Source: a virus. From it: 64,000 nt of DNA. The first letter of the stretch is position 1; each line of letters opens with the position of its first letter. The position numbers were made by a program, and so were the translations under genes. The stretch lies in the IMG/VR virus record IMGVR_UViG_3300033075_000468. The stretch is one strand, 5' to 3'. This document shows, in pieces, positions 40,399-48,971 of the stretch. A model generated the notes under the pieces. That model ran no database searches. It was not told the origin of the DNA and saw only the letters and a program-made list of their open reading frames with translations.

Positions 40399-40692
40399 TT
40401 ATTGAGTAGCGCTACAAGACTTGCACAAAATTGTAAGCCCCGTAATTTGACAAGCATTCTCACGCCTGCATTTATCGCACTTCAACCAATATAACACCTT
40501 TTCAGAAAGCTGCATGCCAATTCGTTTATCCATTTCACCCTGGCCTACTGGCACTGTGAAATATGCCTCACAATCTGAATGTGAACAAGTGTATTGCCAT
40601 ACTGTCTTTTCTTTGTTCTGACCAAGACAAGTGCTCCACCCCGAGCCGCAGTATGGACAGAATTCCCACCTATCCTTCCACTGACCACTCAT
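40399..40692 (-). CDS. Small Cys-rich protein.
   Basis: ORF of 97 aa with several CxxC pairs. Confidence 0.35.
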   Translation of the reverse strand: MSGQWKDRWEFCPYCGSGWSTCLGQNKEKTVWQYTCSHSDCEAYFTVPVGQGEMDKRIGMQLSEKVLYWLKCDKCRRENACQITGLTILCKSCSATQ

Positions 40693-40933
40693 TACACCAC
40701 CTGCAACTCAATTCGCCAGTTTTACGATCAATAGTAAAGTAGTTCCATCCACACTTTTTGCATGCAGGGATATGGCCCAACTTCTCACGCTTAATAAGTT
40801 TCTCTACATTCTTCTTTGCCATAGCGACGATACCGTTTGTTTGCTTTTCTCTTGATAGCTTTCTGGACTCCTGCCCGCCACTTCTTTGCGGCGTAATATC
40901 CACGCTTGGCAAATGAATCCATTTCGTTGCCAT
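40670..40933 (-). CDS. Small Zn-ribbon protein.
   Basis: ORF of 87 aa with CKKCGW...CRWCNEW. Preferred over the overlapping ORF at 40791-41048. Confidence 0.3.
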   Translation of the reverse strand: MATKWIHLPSVDITPQRSGGQESRKLSREKQTNGIVAMAKKNVEKLIKREKLGHIPACKKCGWNYFTIDRKTGELSCRWCNEWSVEG

Positions 40934-40962
40934 CTATTCTATCTCTGCGCCTAGTGTTAGAA

Positions 40963-41337
40963 CTATCGCTCATTTGATATCCACCACATAAGCTTACGAA
41001 GTTGTAGTTTGATTTCATCAGCATCACTAAGTTCATATCCGAAGCCATCTTCGCTTCTTAGCTTCCACCATAGATGTACTTCAAACTCGCTATTAAAATA
41101 TAGTGATATATCGTATCCATTTTTATGCCAAACAAACATGATGCCAGTCCACTCTTCATCAGGAATAACAGATGGTGTTGGGCTGTAATCTGGCAAATAT
41201 ACAGGTGTAAGAGTTTTTACGACCCAAATCAATTCCTTACTAGGATAAGGATATTCTGGCTCTCCCTCATATCCTTTAGACTTAACTAGCATACTAGCTA
41301 ATCTCTCATCAATATAAGGAAAGAGATGTTCATTCAT
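40963..41337 (-). CDS. Hypothetical protein.
   Basis: ORF of 124 aa. Confidence 0.4.
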   Translation of the reverse strand: MNEHLFPYIDERLASMLVKSKGYEGEPEYPYPSKELIWVVKTLTPVYLPDYSPTPSVIPDEEWTGIMFVWHKNGYDISLYFNSEFEVHLWWKLRSEDGFGYELSDADEIKLQLRKLMWWISNER

Positions 41338-41339
41338 GG

Positions 41340-41366
41340 TCTAGTATGAGGGATTTGAACCCCCGA
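41340..41366 (-). pseudogene. tRNA 3-prime fragment (T-arm plus 3-prime acceptor, CCA encoded) between an HNH gene and the next gene.
   Basis: The minus strand reads gtcgggggttcaaatccctc-atactag-a-cca, a perfect T-arm like those of the tRNAs at 50686 and 57532, with no 5-prime half present. Confidence 0.35.
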
Positions 41367-41954
41367 CTACCAATCCTTCCTCGTTTTTAGTGCATGACAC
41401 CATACACACAATGGCATCAAATTTTCTATTTTATTATTAGATCTATTTGAGTCAATATGATCAACATCTAACATTTTTTTGGGTATTTCAATTCCAGATT
41501 TTTGAAGAGAACAATCAGGATTACAGCAAATCTCTCCAAATTTAGAAAAGGCTTTTTCTCTATAATTGGTGCCTCCTTTCCAATTTGGATGAAACTCTTC
41601 TACTTTAAACTTATTATTAAAGGAAGTTGCACAACTTCTATTACAAAATACTTTTCCTGTTTTACTTTTATCAATTTGTGACTTTCTTCTTTTTACTTTT
41701 TTTTGACAATATCCACACTCTAATGTTATAGATTCAGATTTTCCTACTGACTGACAATTTCTACTACAATAAACATTAGGGAAGATATGGGTTTTGCGCC
41801 TCCAAATTTCTGTATCACATACAGAACACTTAACTAGCGCCCACCATCTATGATTCTCAAATTTTTCATCAATAAAGTCAGGTAAGAGGGCTACGATCCC
41901 CCGACCTTCGATTCCCAAAACCGACGCTCTTCCTACTGAGCTATTACCTGTCAT
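41367..41954 (-). CDS. HNH endonuclease with a Zn finger. The annotated N-terminal 25 codons coincide with a tRNA-Pro gene.
   Basis: The C-terminal LMPLCVWCHALKTRKD fits the HNH motif. No alternative in-frame start exists downstream of the tRNA until late in the ORF. Confidence 0.55.
   Translation of the reverse strand: MTGNSSVGRASVLGIEGRGIVALLPDFIDEKFENHRWWALVKCSVCDTEIWRRKTHIFPNVYCSRNCQSVGKSESITLECGYCQKKVKRRKSQIDKSKTGKVFCNRSCATSFNNKFKVEEFHPNWKGGTNYREKAFSKFGEICCNPDCSLQKSGIEIPKKMLDVDHIDSNRSNNKIENLMPLCVWCHALKTRKDW
41878..41950 (-). tRNA. tRNA-Pro(TGG) with a non-canonical T-loop.
   Basis: Hand fold: caggtaa-ta-gctc-agtaggaa-gagc-g-tcggt-tttggga-atcga-aggtc-ggggg-atcgtag-ccctc-ttacctg-a, 73 nt. 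The acceptor is a perfect 7 bp. The T-loop is aTCGtAG, with positions 54 and 58 swapped relative to consensus. Confidence 0.5.
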
Positions 41955-42042
41955 ATGTCTATACTGTTATATTTCGGATTCTAATTCAAGCTTGCGTCCC
42001 AAAACAAGCGCTCCACCAAGCTGCGCTAATACTAGATAGTTA

Positions 42043-42062
42043 GAGGGGCCTTTCGGCCCCTC
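42043..42062. other. Strong GC hairpin (gaggggcc-tttc-ggcccctc) downstream of the 42102-42335 gene.
   Basis: Perfect 8-bp stem with a tetraloop. It has no adjacent T-run, so terminator function is uncertain. Confidence 0.3.
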
Positions 42063-42101
42063 ATAAGTATTCTATCCTTAGTCGCTTCAGCGAGAGGCTA
42101 C

Positions 42102-42335
42102 CTAAGGATTTACCTCTTCCACATCTAGCCCATCGGCTACCCACCATCCGGCATCTCTAATGTCGGACAATTCGGGAGGCCAATCTTCTAAAGTGTGTCC
42201 CTCCACACTATCAGGCCAAGTGCCTGTGTCTTTGTAAGATGGATAAAGGAAAATGCCGCCAAATTGCCCCCAGCCCTCATTGCGATCCCGTAAGTCTTGC
42301 GGGGGCGTTTCTGATCTAACTGCTGGTGCTGGCAT
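42102..42335 (-). CDS. Hypothetical protein.
   Basis: ORF of 77 aa. Confidence 0.3.
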   Translation of the reverse strand: MPAPAVRSETPPQDLRDRNEGWGQFGGIFLYPSYKDTGTWPDSVEGHTLEDWPPELSDIRDAGWWVADGLDVEEVNP

Positions 42336-42345
42336 CTATATCTCC

Positions 42346-42921
42346 TTAGTCGTTTCTGTATGTGTATGTGCCGTCTGTGTGTCCCCAACCACTGGTACGA
42401 TCACGTAGAGATGTTCTAGCCGACTCATCCCGCTTTGTTGCATTGCCATCGTTTAGCTGAACAGTGTTGCGTGTATCTGCTGTGCGACCTGAGGCAAGTG
42501 CCTCTGAATCAGAGGTTGAATGAGCGGTGTTTGAACCCGTTCCTGTTTCTGCCGAATTTGTCTCGTCACGGAAAATACCATATGTATAATCCAGCGGATC
42601 TGCTAGGGAAACGGGTGTCTCTGCGTCCATATTTTCAAATCCATACGAACCTGCACCACCAATACCAGTAAAATCTCCACCATAACCTGCTGTACGATCT
42701 ACGTTATCTACTTGATTCGCCTCAGCAAAAGACTTGCGTAGTCTGCGTGCTCTAGCTACTCTTGTAGCTGTTGATTCCTTTGAAGCATCTGTCTGTGTTA
42801 GCGAATTACCTGATGCTGAGCCCCAAGTACCATTGTCTTCTCTATTAGAATCAGAAGCTGCTGTGTGGCCCCATCCTTCGACTCTATCTACAATCGAAGC
42901 GGCCCCTCTTGTTTCTGCCAT
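42346..42921 (-). CDS. Hypothetical low-complexity protein.
   Basis: ORF of 191 aa, Ser/Thr/Gly/Asp-rich. Confidence 0.4.
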   Translation of the reverse strand: MAETRGAASIVDRVEGWGHTAASDSNREDNGTWGSASGNSLTQTDASKESTATRVARARRLRKSFAEANQVDNVDRTAGYGGDFTGIGGAGSYGFENMDAETPVSLADPLDYTYGIFRDETNSAETGTGSNTAHSTSDSEALASGRTADTRNTVQLNDGNATKRDESARTSLRDRTSGWGHTDGTYTYRND

Positions 42922-43047
42922 TGTTTACTCCTTTTAAACTTTGTGCGCCAAATAGCGCCTGTTGGCACTATATCAAATTTATCATTACTTGGCGATAGAA
43001 TAGAAAAAGGGCACCCGAAGGTGCCCTTAATCTGTGCGTGACTGCTG

Positions 43048-43120
43048 AGCCCACTCAGGGATTCGAACCCTGGACCTATCGCTTACAAGGCGATTGCTCT
43101 AGCCTCTGAGCTAAGCGGGC
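43048..43120 (-). tRNA. tRNA-Thr(TGT).
   Basis: Minus-strand fold: gcccgct-ta-gctc-agaggcta-gagc-a-atcgc-cttgtaa-gcgat-aggtc-caggg-ttcgaat-ccctg-agtgggc-t, 73 nt. Confidence 0.8.
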
Positions 43121-43127
43121 AAATCTT

Positions 43128-43499
43128 TTAAAGATTAGGAACTAAATGATTCCTAAAAAACGGTCCATCGAAACAGAGCTTAGCAAGATGGGCGTCCATG
43201 CCCTCACCCATATCAAGTTCTTCATCTATGATAACACCATTAAGAGGATACCGCTCCACAATTTCTAGCGCACCTCTTGTGTGGTACATAGTTATGAGCA
43301 CCTTAATTTCATCGTCAATAAAGATCCCCGCAGATTCGAGAAACGTGCGAACTCCTAGCTCTGTGATCATACCGTAGGCCAGACCTAGAGTATCCAAGAG
43401 GTAAAAGGCACGGTTCATTGGGTCGGTAATTGATGACGCCTCATTACGTCGGTCTTCTAGGAAGTCCAGTAGGGGCGTAGATATTGCTAGCTCGTCCAT
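43128..43499 (-). CDS. Hypothetical protein.
   Basis: ORF of 123 aa. It is preceded on the minus strand by an unusual GC-rich leader. Confidence 0.45.
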   Translation of the reverse strand: MDELAISTPLLDFLEDRRNEASSITDPMNRAFYLLDTLGLAYGMITELGVRTFLESAGIFIDDEIKVLITMYHTRGALEIVERYPLNGVIIDEELDMGEGMDAHLAKLCFDGPFFRNHLVPNL

Positions 43500-43566
43500 G
43501 GGGTCAGCCTAGCAGGCCCCAGCGCCCGGCACAACCCCGCTGAGCGAGTGCTTCATGCGCCCGTCT

Positions 43567-43581
43567 CACAAAAATTTTGTG
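43567..43581. promoter_or_regulatory. Perfect palindrome cacaaaa-a-ttttgtg, operator-like, inside the AT-rich divergent intergenic region.
   Basis: A 7+1+7 inverted repeat followed by ggcgctattatatatataat (TATAAT-like). It lies between the divergently oriented gene blocks. Confidence 0.3.
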
Positions 43582-43932
43582 CGGCGCTATTATATATATA
43601 ATACTTATGAGTAGTACAATCTTTTAAACATTACTGAGAATTACAGTAAGTTAATACTTGAATAGAAGATTAGAGATAGATATCTCTTAATTATAAGATA
43701 TATACAGGGTACCAGAATCCCAAGGCCCGATGCTGAGCATTTCAATTTTTTCGTGAGCACACCTCTTGGATCATTATGGGCGCAGCCCGACCCAATCGTT
43801 TCAGTAGTCATATATGTGCGCCTAGACTCCCCCAGGGCAGCACACTAGCAAACAGAAGTCCATAGGCAAATTCCCGTTTCAAAAATCCAAAGCCCCTGAG
43901 CAGGTTCGAAGACTGAGCTAGCATGTCCACCG

Positions 43933-44667
43933 ATGAAATTTTCAAGCGAAATCGACGTGCATCTCATAGACAGCATGGGTAATGATGATTCAGTCATACG
44001 TGCCATGCTCGTCTCTACAAACGGTGGTGCCCTGTCTCTAGAGGACGACTTCTTAGCGGAAGTGGAATCAGAGAAGTATCAGAATTCAAAGAACGGACGT
44101 ATCAATTTCTTGATGAAGAACCGTCATGGGTCCCCGTTTGAACACAACGCCTTCACCTTCTATGTGAAGGCTCCTATCTTCGTGTTTAGAGAGTGGCACA
44201 GACACCGCATTGGTTTTTCTTACAATGAAGAGTCAGGTCGTTATACGCAACTTAAGCCTGAATTCTATCTCCCCGCACCTGATCGTAACTTGGTGCAGGT
44301 TGGCAAGCCGGGACATTATGAATTTGTGCCCGGAACTTCTGAGCAATATGCAGACATGTTCTTAGGGCATACACAAATCTGTGCTGACTCATATGCTAAT
44401 TATGAGTATCTACTAAGTAAGGGTATTGCAAAGGAAGTTGCTCGTATGACTCTTCCTGTGAATATCTACAGCAGCATGTATGTTACGCTTAATACTAGAT
44501 CACTAATGGCATTTCTTTCTCTCCGCACGATTCATGAGGGCTCGATGTTCCCCTCATTTCCCATGAGAGAGATTGCAATGGCGGGAGAAAAGCTTGAAGC
44601 CGTGCTTGCCGATAAGTTCCCTATTACGCATGAAGCATTTAATAAGAACGGTAGAGTGTGCCCCTGA
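43933..44667 (+). CDS. thyX: Flavin-dependent thymidylate synthase ThyX.
   Basis: It carries the ThyX signature RHRIGFSYNEES (RHR-x7-S) and is 244 aa. Confidence 0.85.
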   Translation: MKFSSEIDVHLIDSMGNDDSVIRAMLVSTNGGALSLEDDFLAEVESEKYQNSKNGRINFLMKNRHGSPFEHNAFTFYVKAPIFVFREWHRHRIGFSYNEESGRYTQLKPEFYLPAPDRNLVQVGKPGHYEFVPGTSEQYADMFLGHTQICADSYANYEYLLSKGIAKEVARMTLPVNIYSSMYVTLNTRSLMAFLSLRTIHEGSMFPSFPMREIAMAGEKLEAVLADKFPITHEAFNKNGRVCP

Positions 44668-44918
44668 TGTTTAAAAAGAAGAAGCAATCGAATCAAGAAA
44701 TTTACGATGAGTCGATTCGCTGTATTGATCGTGCCTTGTCTAGATACAGAGATGATATTCTTTGGGTTGAAGATTCAACTCTTCTACTAGAGAAATACAT
44801 CGAAGAGTTAGCTAAGATCAAGGCTTACCTAGATTCTGAGATTAAGAAATCCAGAGAACAAATAAGAAAAAACCACAAGATAGCTTCAAACCTATCACAA
44901 CTAATAGAGGAAAACTAA
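44658..44918 (+). CDS. Hypothetical protein.
   Basis: Charged 86-aa ORF, start-coupled to thyX. Confidence 0.4.
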   Translation: MPLMFKKKKQSNQEIYDESIRCIDRALSRYRDDILWVEDSTLLLEKYIEELAKIKAYLDSEIKKSREQIRKNHKIASNLSQLIEEN

Positions 44919-44919
44919 A

Positions 44920-45207
44920 ATGGCGACCAAGCCTGTCAAGATCAAGAAAAACGCTCACCCGCTAGACAAGGGTAAGGCTATCTCTGCCAACGCTCTTGGT
45001 CTATTTCATCAGGCCCTTGCTGGTCTAGATGAGTCTAATGAGATTCTGAATCAGCATGCTGTACAAGCTGAGAATGCTGCTGATCAAATTCTAGCTGCGG
45101 CTAAGGCTCAAGCTGACGCTTTACGTGCAGAAGCATCTGAGGCGTACAAGGGTGTTGAAGCTAATACTGCTGTGAGAGATAAGATTTCATCTCTTCTTAC
45201 GGTGTGA
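44920..45207 (+). CDS. Hypothetical coiled-coil protein.
   Basis: Ala/Glu-rich 95-aa ORF. Confidence 0.4.
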   Translation: MATKPVKIKKNAHPLDKGKAISANALGLFHQALAGLDESNEILNQHAVQAENAADQILAAAKAQADALRAEASEAYKGVEANTAVRDKISSLLTV

Positions 45208-45208
45208 T

Positions 45209-46012
45209 ATGAGAGGGGAACATTTCAAAAGATTTGAAATCCCCAAAAGTCAATCATCAGAAGTAGCACTCCAAAACGAAATCCTGAGAGTATTGGTTGG
45301 TAGTTCTCTTACAGGAATTATCGGAGCTAATTCCTCTCAGGATTTCGACTACTGTGCAGTCTTTATTGAACCGATTGACTATGTTGTGGGACTACATCGA
45401 ATGGATCATTACACTTGGCGTTCGAAGCCCGAAGGCGTAAGATCTGAACCCGGTGATATTGACTTTTCTTCGTATTCACTACGTAAGTTCATGTCATTGG
45501 CTATGACTGGAAATCCTTCTATAGTGCAGATGCTATTTGCTCCCTCGACACATAGAGTTGCAAATAGAAGCGGAATGAAGCTATTAGAGTTGGCACCAGC
45601 AATTGCATCTAAGCAAGCTGGGCCGAGATTCCTAGGATATCTAGAGTCTCAAGAAAAGCGTCTAGTTGGTGAGTTAAAAGGACACATGCCTAAGCGTCCT
45701 GAGCTAGTAGACAAATATGGCTATGATACCAAGTACGCTGCTCATGCGCTAAGACTTGGCTTTCAGGGTATCGAATATATGGAAACCGGACAAATTCGGT
45801 TGCCCATGCTACCTGATCCCGGCGATTATCTGAGGGCAGTGCGAGCGGGCGAGTATTCGCTGGCAGATGTAGTGGCAGATATTGCAGTGATCAAGCAGAA
45901 TTTGAAACATGCAATTGATACCTCACCATTGCCACCCGAACCACATAAGCAAGCTATTGAAGAATGGCTAATAGATATACACTTAGATTGGTGGAATAAC
46001 AATGAGCTATAG
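45209..46012 (+). CDS. Nucleotidyltransferase of the Pol-beta superfamily.
   Basis: GSSLTGIIGANSSQDFDY fits the G[SG]-x9-13-D-x-D NTase motif. It is translationally coupled to the downstream RNA ligase. Confidence 0.6.
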   Translation: MRGEHFKRFEIPKSQSSEVALQNEILRVLVGSSLTGIIGANSSQDFDYCAVFIEPIDYVVGLHRMDHYTWRSKPEGVRSEPGDIDFSSYSLRKFMSLAMTGNPSIVQMLFAPSTHRVANRSGMKLLELAPAIASKQAGPRFLGYLESQEKRLVGELKGHMPKRPELVDKYGYDTKYAAHALRLGFQGIEYMETGQIRLPMLPDPGDYLRAVRAGEYSLADVVADIAVIKQNLKHAIDTSPLPPEPHKQAIEEWLIDIHLDWWNNNEL

Positions 46013-47264
46013 TGCTCTAGTTTGCAGAGTGCATACTAGACCTCATCCGAATGCAGACAGACTACAGCTTGGTACCGCAAATGGTTATCAAGTCATTGTC
46101 GGCCTTGATGTTCAAGATGGTGAGCTAGGTGTGTTCTTTGGTCCTGATGGACAGCTATCGGAAGAGATGTGTGCAGCAAATGACCTCATCGGATATACAG
46201 ATCCAGACACCCACGAACGACGTGGAGGATACTTTCCCAAAAACCGTCGTGTACGGTCCCAAAAGCTACGTGGCATTCCTTCCGATGGATTTTGGACAGG
46301 GCTGTCATCCTTTGTATTCACAGGAGTACGTGCGGAGGATTTCGTGGAAGGACAAACCTTCACCGAACTCAACGGAATCCCCATCTGCAACAAGTACATC
46401 ACCGAAGCAACTAGAAGAGCACAAGCTTCTGGACAAGGTAAGCAGCGCAGAGAAAACGCCGGATTCCCTAAGCACATAGATACCAAGCAGCTTAAGCACT
46501 ATATTGATTCTATCCCCGAAGATTCAATCATCTATATCACAGAGAAGTTGCATGGCACATCTGGAAGATATGGTTTGGTTTATGAGGAAACTGAAGTTCC
46601 TCTCAAGTGGTGGGAAAAGCTCGCTAGACGTAAGTCTAAGGCAGTCGGTGAATATAAGTACATGAATGGCACTCGTAATGTCGTCATGGCTGATCACACC
46701 CATTCTGGCTTCTATGGTAATGAGGAATTCCGTTTCAATGCAGTGAAAGATATTCAACTGCACAAGGGTGAAGTGCTATACTTTGAGCTAGTGGGCTATA
46801 CGACAACGGGTACCCCCATCATGAGCCCGCAAAACACTTCAAATCTGAAGAAGGAGCTTAAAGGATATGCCAACCCGATGGTTTACTCCTACGGAACAGA
46901 AAGTCCGAATTGCGATCTATATGTCTATCGTATTACTCGGGCTGATCCTGACGGTAATATAACTGAACTAAGCTGGCCGCAAGTCAAGCGTAGATGTGGT
47001 GAGCTAGGTATCAAGCATGTGCCAGATATTGCTAGAGCTTTATACACTGGTAAAAAAGATAAACTCCAAGATAAGGTGTCTGAATTTACAGAAGATCTTT
47101 CTTCAACCCTGGATTCTAGACACATTCGTGAGGGTGTGGTTATCAGAGTTGAAGCACCTGATGGCACCACCGACTGGTACAAAAACAAGTCATTTACCTT
47201 TGGTGTGCTTGAGGGTTATCTGAAGGATTCAGATGACTATGTGGATGCTGAAGAAATTGCATAG
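46002..47264 (+). CDS. ATP-dependent RNA ligase, Rnl2-like.
   Basis: Motif I is ITEKLHGTS (compare T4 Rnl2 EKIHGTN). It also has EGVVIRV (motif IV) and KNKSF (motif V). Confidence 0.7.
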   Translation: MSYSALVCRVHTRPHPNADRLQLGTANGYQVIVGLDVQDGELGVFFGPDGQLSEEMCAANDLIGYTDPDTHERRGGYFPKNRRVRSQKLRGIPSDGFWTGLSSFVFTGVRAEDFVEGQTFTELNGIPICNKYITEATRRAQASGQGKQRRENAGFPKHIDTKQLKHYIDSIPEDSIIYITEKLHGTSGRYGLVYEETEVPLKWWEKLARRKSKAVGEYKYMNGTRNVVMADHTHSGFYGNEEFRFNAVKDIQLHKGEVLYFELVGYTTTGTPIMSPQNTSNLKKELKGYANPMVYSYGTESPNCDLYVYRITRADPDGNITELSWPQVKRRCGELGIKHVPDIARALYTGKKDKLQDKVSEFTEDLSSTLDSRHIREGVVIRVEAPDGTTDWYKNKSFTFGVLEGYLKDSDDYVDAEEIA

Positions 47265-47292
47265 TAGTCGTATAATGTGACATACTCTACCT

Positions 47293-47805
47293 ATGAAGAT
47301 CTGCACTGTCAGCGAATGCCAAAACAAATATTATGCTAAAAATATGTGCAAAATACACTACAGTAGGTTTCTTAGACTAGGTCAAGTTGGGCTTCCTGCT
47401 CCAAAAATATGCGCTGTAGATGAATGCAATAATCGTCACTATGCTAACTCATATTGTGAAATGCATAATAGAAGATTTAAGCTTTATGGAGATCCATCAA
47501 TTCGTAAAATTAGACCAAGTGGGTCTGGAACTTATGATGAAAATGGATATATTGTAATAATGAAAAACTCTATTTCTAAGCGTGAACATCATTGGGTCAT
47601 GGAAGAATATTTAGGCAGAGAACTTTTTGTTCATGAAAATGTTCATCATAAAAATGGAATACGAGATGACAATAGATTAGAAAATCTAGAACTATGGTCA
47701 GTATCTCAACCACCTGGACAAAGAGTTAAAGACAAGATTCAATGGATGATTGAATTTCTATCTCAATATGGATATAAAGTTCTAGACCTAGAAGAGTCAA
47801 GCTGA
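47293..47805 (+). CDS. HNH endonuclease.
   Basis: N-terminal Cys pairs followed by [19 protein letters not shown] (HNH). Confidence 0.7.
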   Translation: MKICTVSECQNKYYAKNMCKIHYSRFLRLGQVGLPAPKICAVDECNNRHYANSYCEMHNRRFKLYGDPSIRKIRPSGSGTYDENGYIVIMKNSISKREHHWVMEEYLGRELFVHENVHHKNGIRDDNRLENLELWSVSQPPGQRVKDKIQWMIEFLSQYGYKVLDLEESS

Positions 47806-47818
47806 CTATAATGCTTAG

Positions 47819-48028
47819 ATGGCTGGAAAAAAGAAGGGCAAGGGCTCTAAGCCCGGTCATCTAAAAGTAACAAAAGAAACAATCGGTGAGCGTGTGCTGG
47901 TGTGGAATATGTCTGATGAGGATTTGTTCTGCGCTGCTACAGGTGCCAAACTACCAAAAAGAGGCATGGTCGTAAGACACAATGGAAAATACTACCGAAA
48001 CTCTGATGCAGCAAGAATGGCGAATTGA
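47819..48028 (+). CDS. Hypothetical protein.
   Basis: Basic 69-aa ORF. Confidence 0.35.
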   Translation: MAGKKKGKGSKPGHLKVTKETIGERVLVWNMSDEDLFCAATGAKLPKRGMVVRHNGKYYRNSDAARMAN

Positions 48029-48320
48029 TCCTCATTCAGATGTGTACGAGCATGATTCCGTAATACTGACAACCAGTAGCGGATTCAAATTCAAGGTAAC
48101 TGGTGTCAAAGAAGCGCTAGACATTATCGAAATGCTCCTTGGTGATGGAGAAGTCCCACTCCCTGATGGTTCGAGACTTCGGACTTCATGGAGAGAATGG
48201 AATGTCTATCTTGTAGACACTGATCCATGGCTGAATCCATCATGGAATTATGGAGATAATGTTGGACGTATCCGTGATATGTTATGGGTACTTACAAAGG
48301 TTGCTAGGGATTTCACATGA
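47982..48320 (+). CDS. Hypothetical protein; the true start is probably at the internal Met near 48006.
   Basis: ORF of 112 aa that overlaps the upstream gene. Confidence 0.35.
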   Translation: MENTTETLMQQEWRIDPHSDVYEHDSVILTTSSGFKFKVTGVKEALDIIEMLLGDGEVPLPDGSRLRTSWREWNVYLVDTDPWLNPSWNYGDNVGRIRDMLWVLTKVARDFT

Positions 48321-48532
48321 AGGAAGTATTGATCCCTGTTGGGCGTTGTCCCAACTGTGAGAAATTCATGCCTGTGGTGGTCGAGGATATCGAAATCGAA
48401 TCGCTCGGTAAGCACACGCTCATCTATTGTCCTTCGTGCGTCGAAATAATCAATAACGACAGGAACGTCGAACTGCGGTGGTATACTCCTGAGGAACTTG
48501 AAAGGGACCTTGGGTGGCGAGCGGATTTGTAG
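48317..48532 (+). CDS. Small Zn-ribbon protein.
   Basis: It carries CPNCEKF...CPSC. Confidence 0.4.
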   Translation: MKEVLIPVGRCPNCEKFMPVVVEDIEIESLGKHTLIYCPSCVEIINNDRNVELRWYTPEELERDLGWRADL

Positions 48533-48765
48533 AAGATCCTGCGGGAACTGTGATAATTGAAATACACCATAGAAACTTATGGGTTGTTGCTAAGCTTCTA
48601 CATAAAGCAATACTAGAGGCAAGAGATGTTCATACTGTCGCTGGGGCTAAGGAATTATTGGCTGAGCTAGCGGACCAAACAGATCAAGTCCAGCTTGATG
48701 TTAAGAAGCATCTTTCAGCTATAGAAATATTTGAAGCAACACCAAAGGTTTCAGGAGTAATATGA
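48514..48765 (+). CDS. Hypothetical protein.
   Basis: ORF of 83 aa. Confidence 0.35.
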   Translation: MASGFVEDPAGTVIIEIHHRNLWVVAKLLHKAILEARDVHTVAGAKELLAELADQTDQVQLDVKKHLSAIEIFEATPKVSGVI

Positions 48766-48971
48766 GTAATATCAGAGATGGGCAATTTCAAAGCGATAAA
48801 TATGATTGGTGCCCGCCCGGCTTTTTTGCCATAAAACTGACAGATCCTATTGGTCAGCTATGTCTTTTGACTTATGCTGAGCTAACAGATCAGGCAGATC
48901 TAGCCGAAGACTTAAGAGAAGCTATTAGGATAATAAATGCAAGAGATGACTCTAGAGCCGGTACTTCCTAA
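48762..48971 (+). CDS. Hypothetical protein.
   Basis: ORF of 69 aa, start-coupled. Confidence 0.35.
   Translation: MSNIRDGQFQSDKYDWCPPGFFAIKLTDPIGQLCLLTYAELTDQADLAEDLREAIRIINARDDSRAGTS

Noticed and set aside
40791-41048. Minus-strand ORF of 85 aa.
   Set aside because: It overlaps two better-placed genes (40670-40933 and 40963-41337) in a different frame and is probably a shadow ORF.
43501-43565. GC-rich island as a tRNA-derived attP core.
   Set aside because: No T-arm, acceptor or anticodon-arm pattern was found on either strand, and no integrase lies in the window. I kept it as an unexplained GC island.
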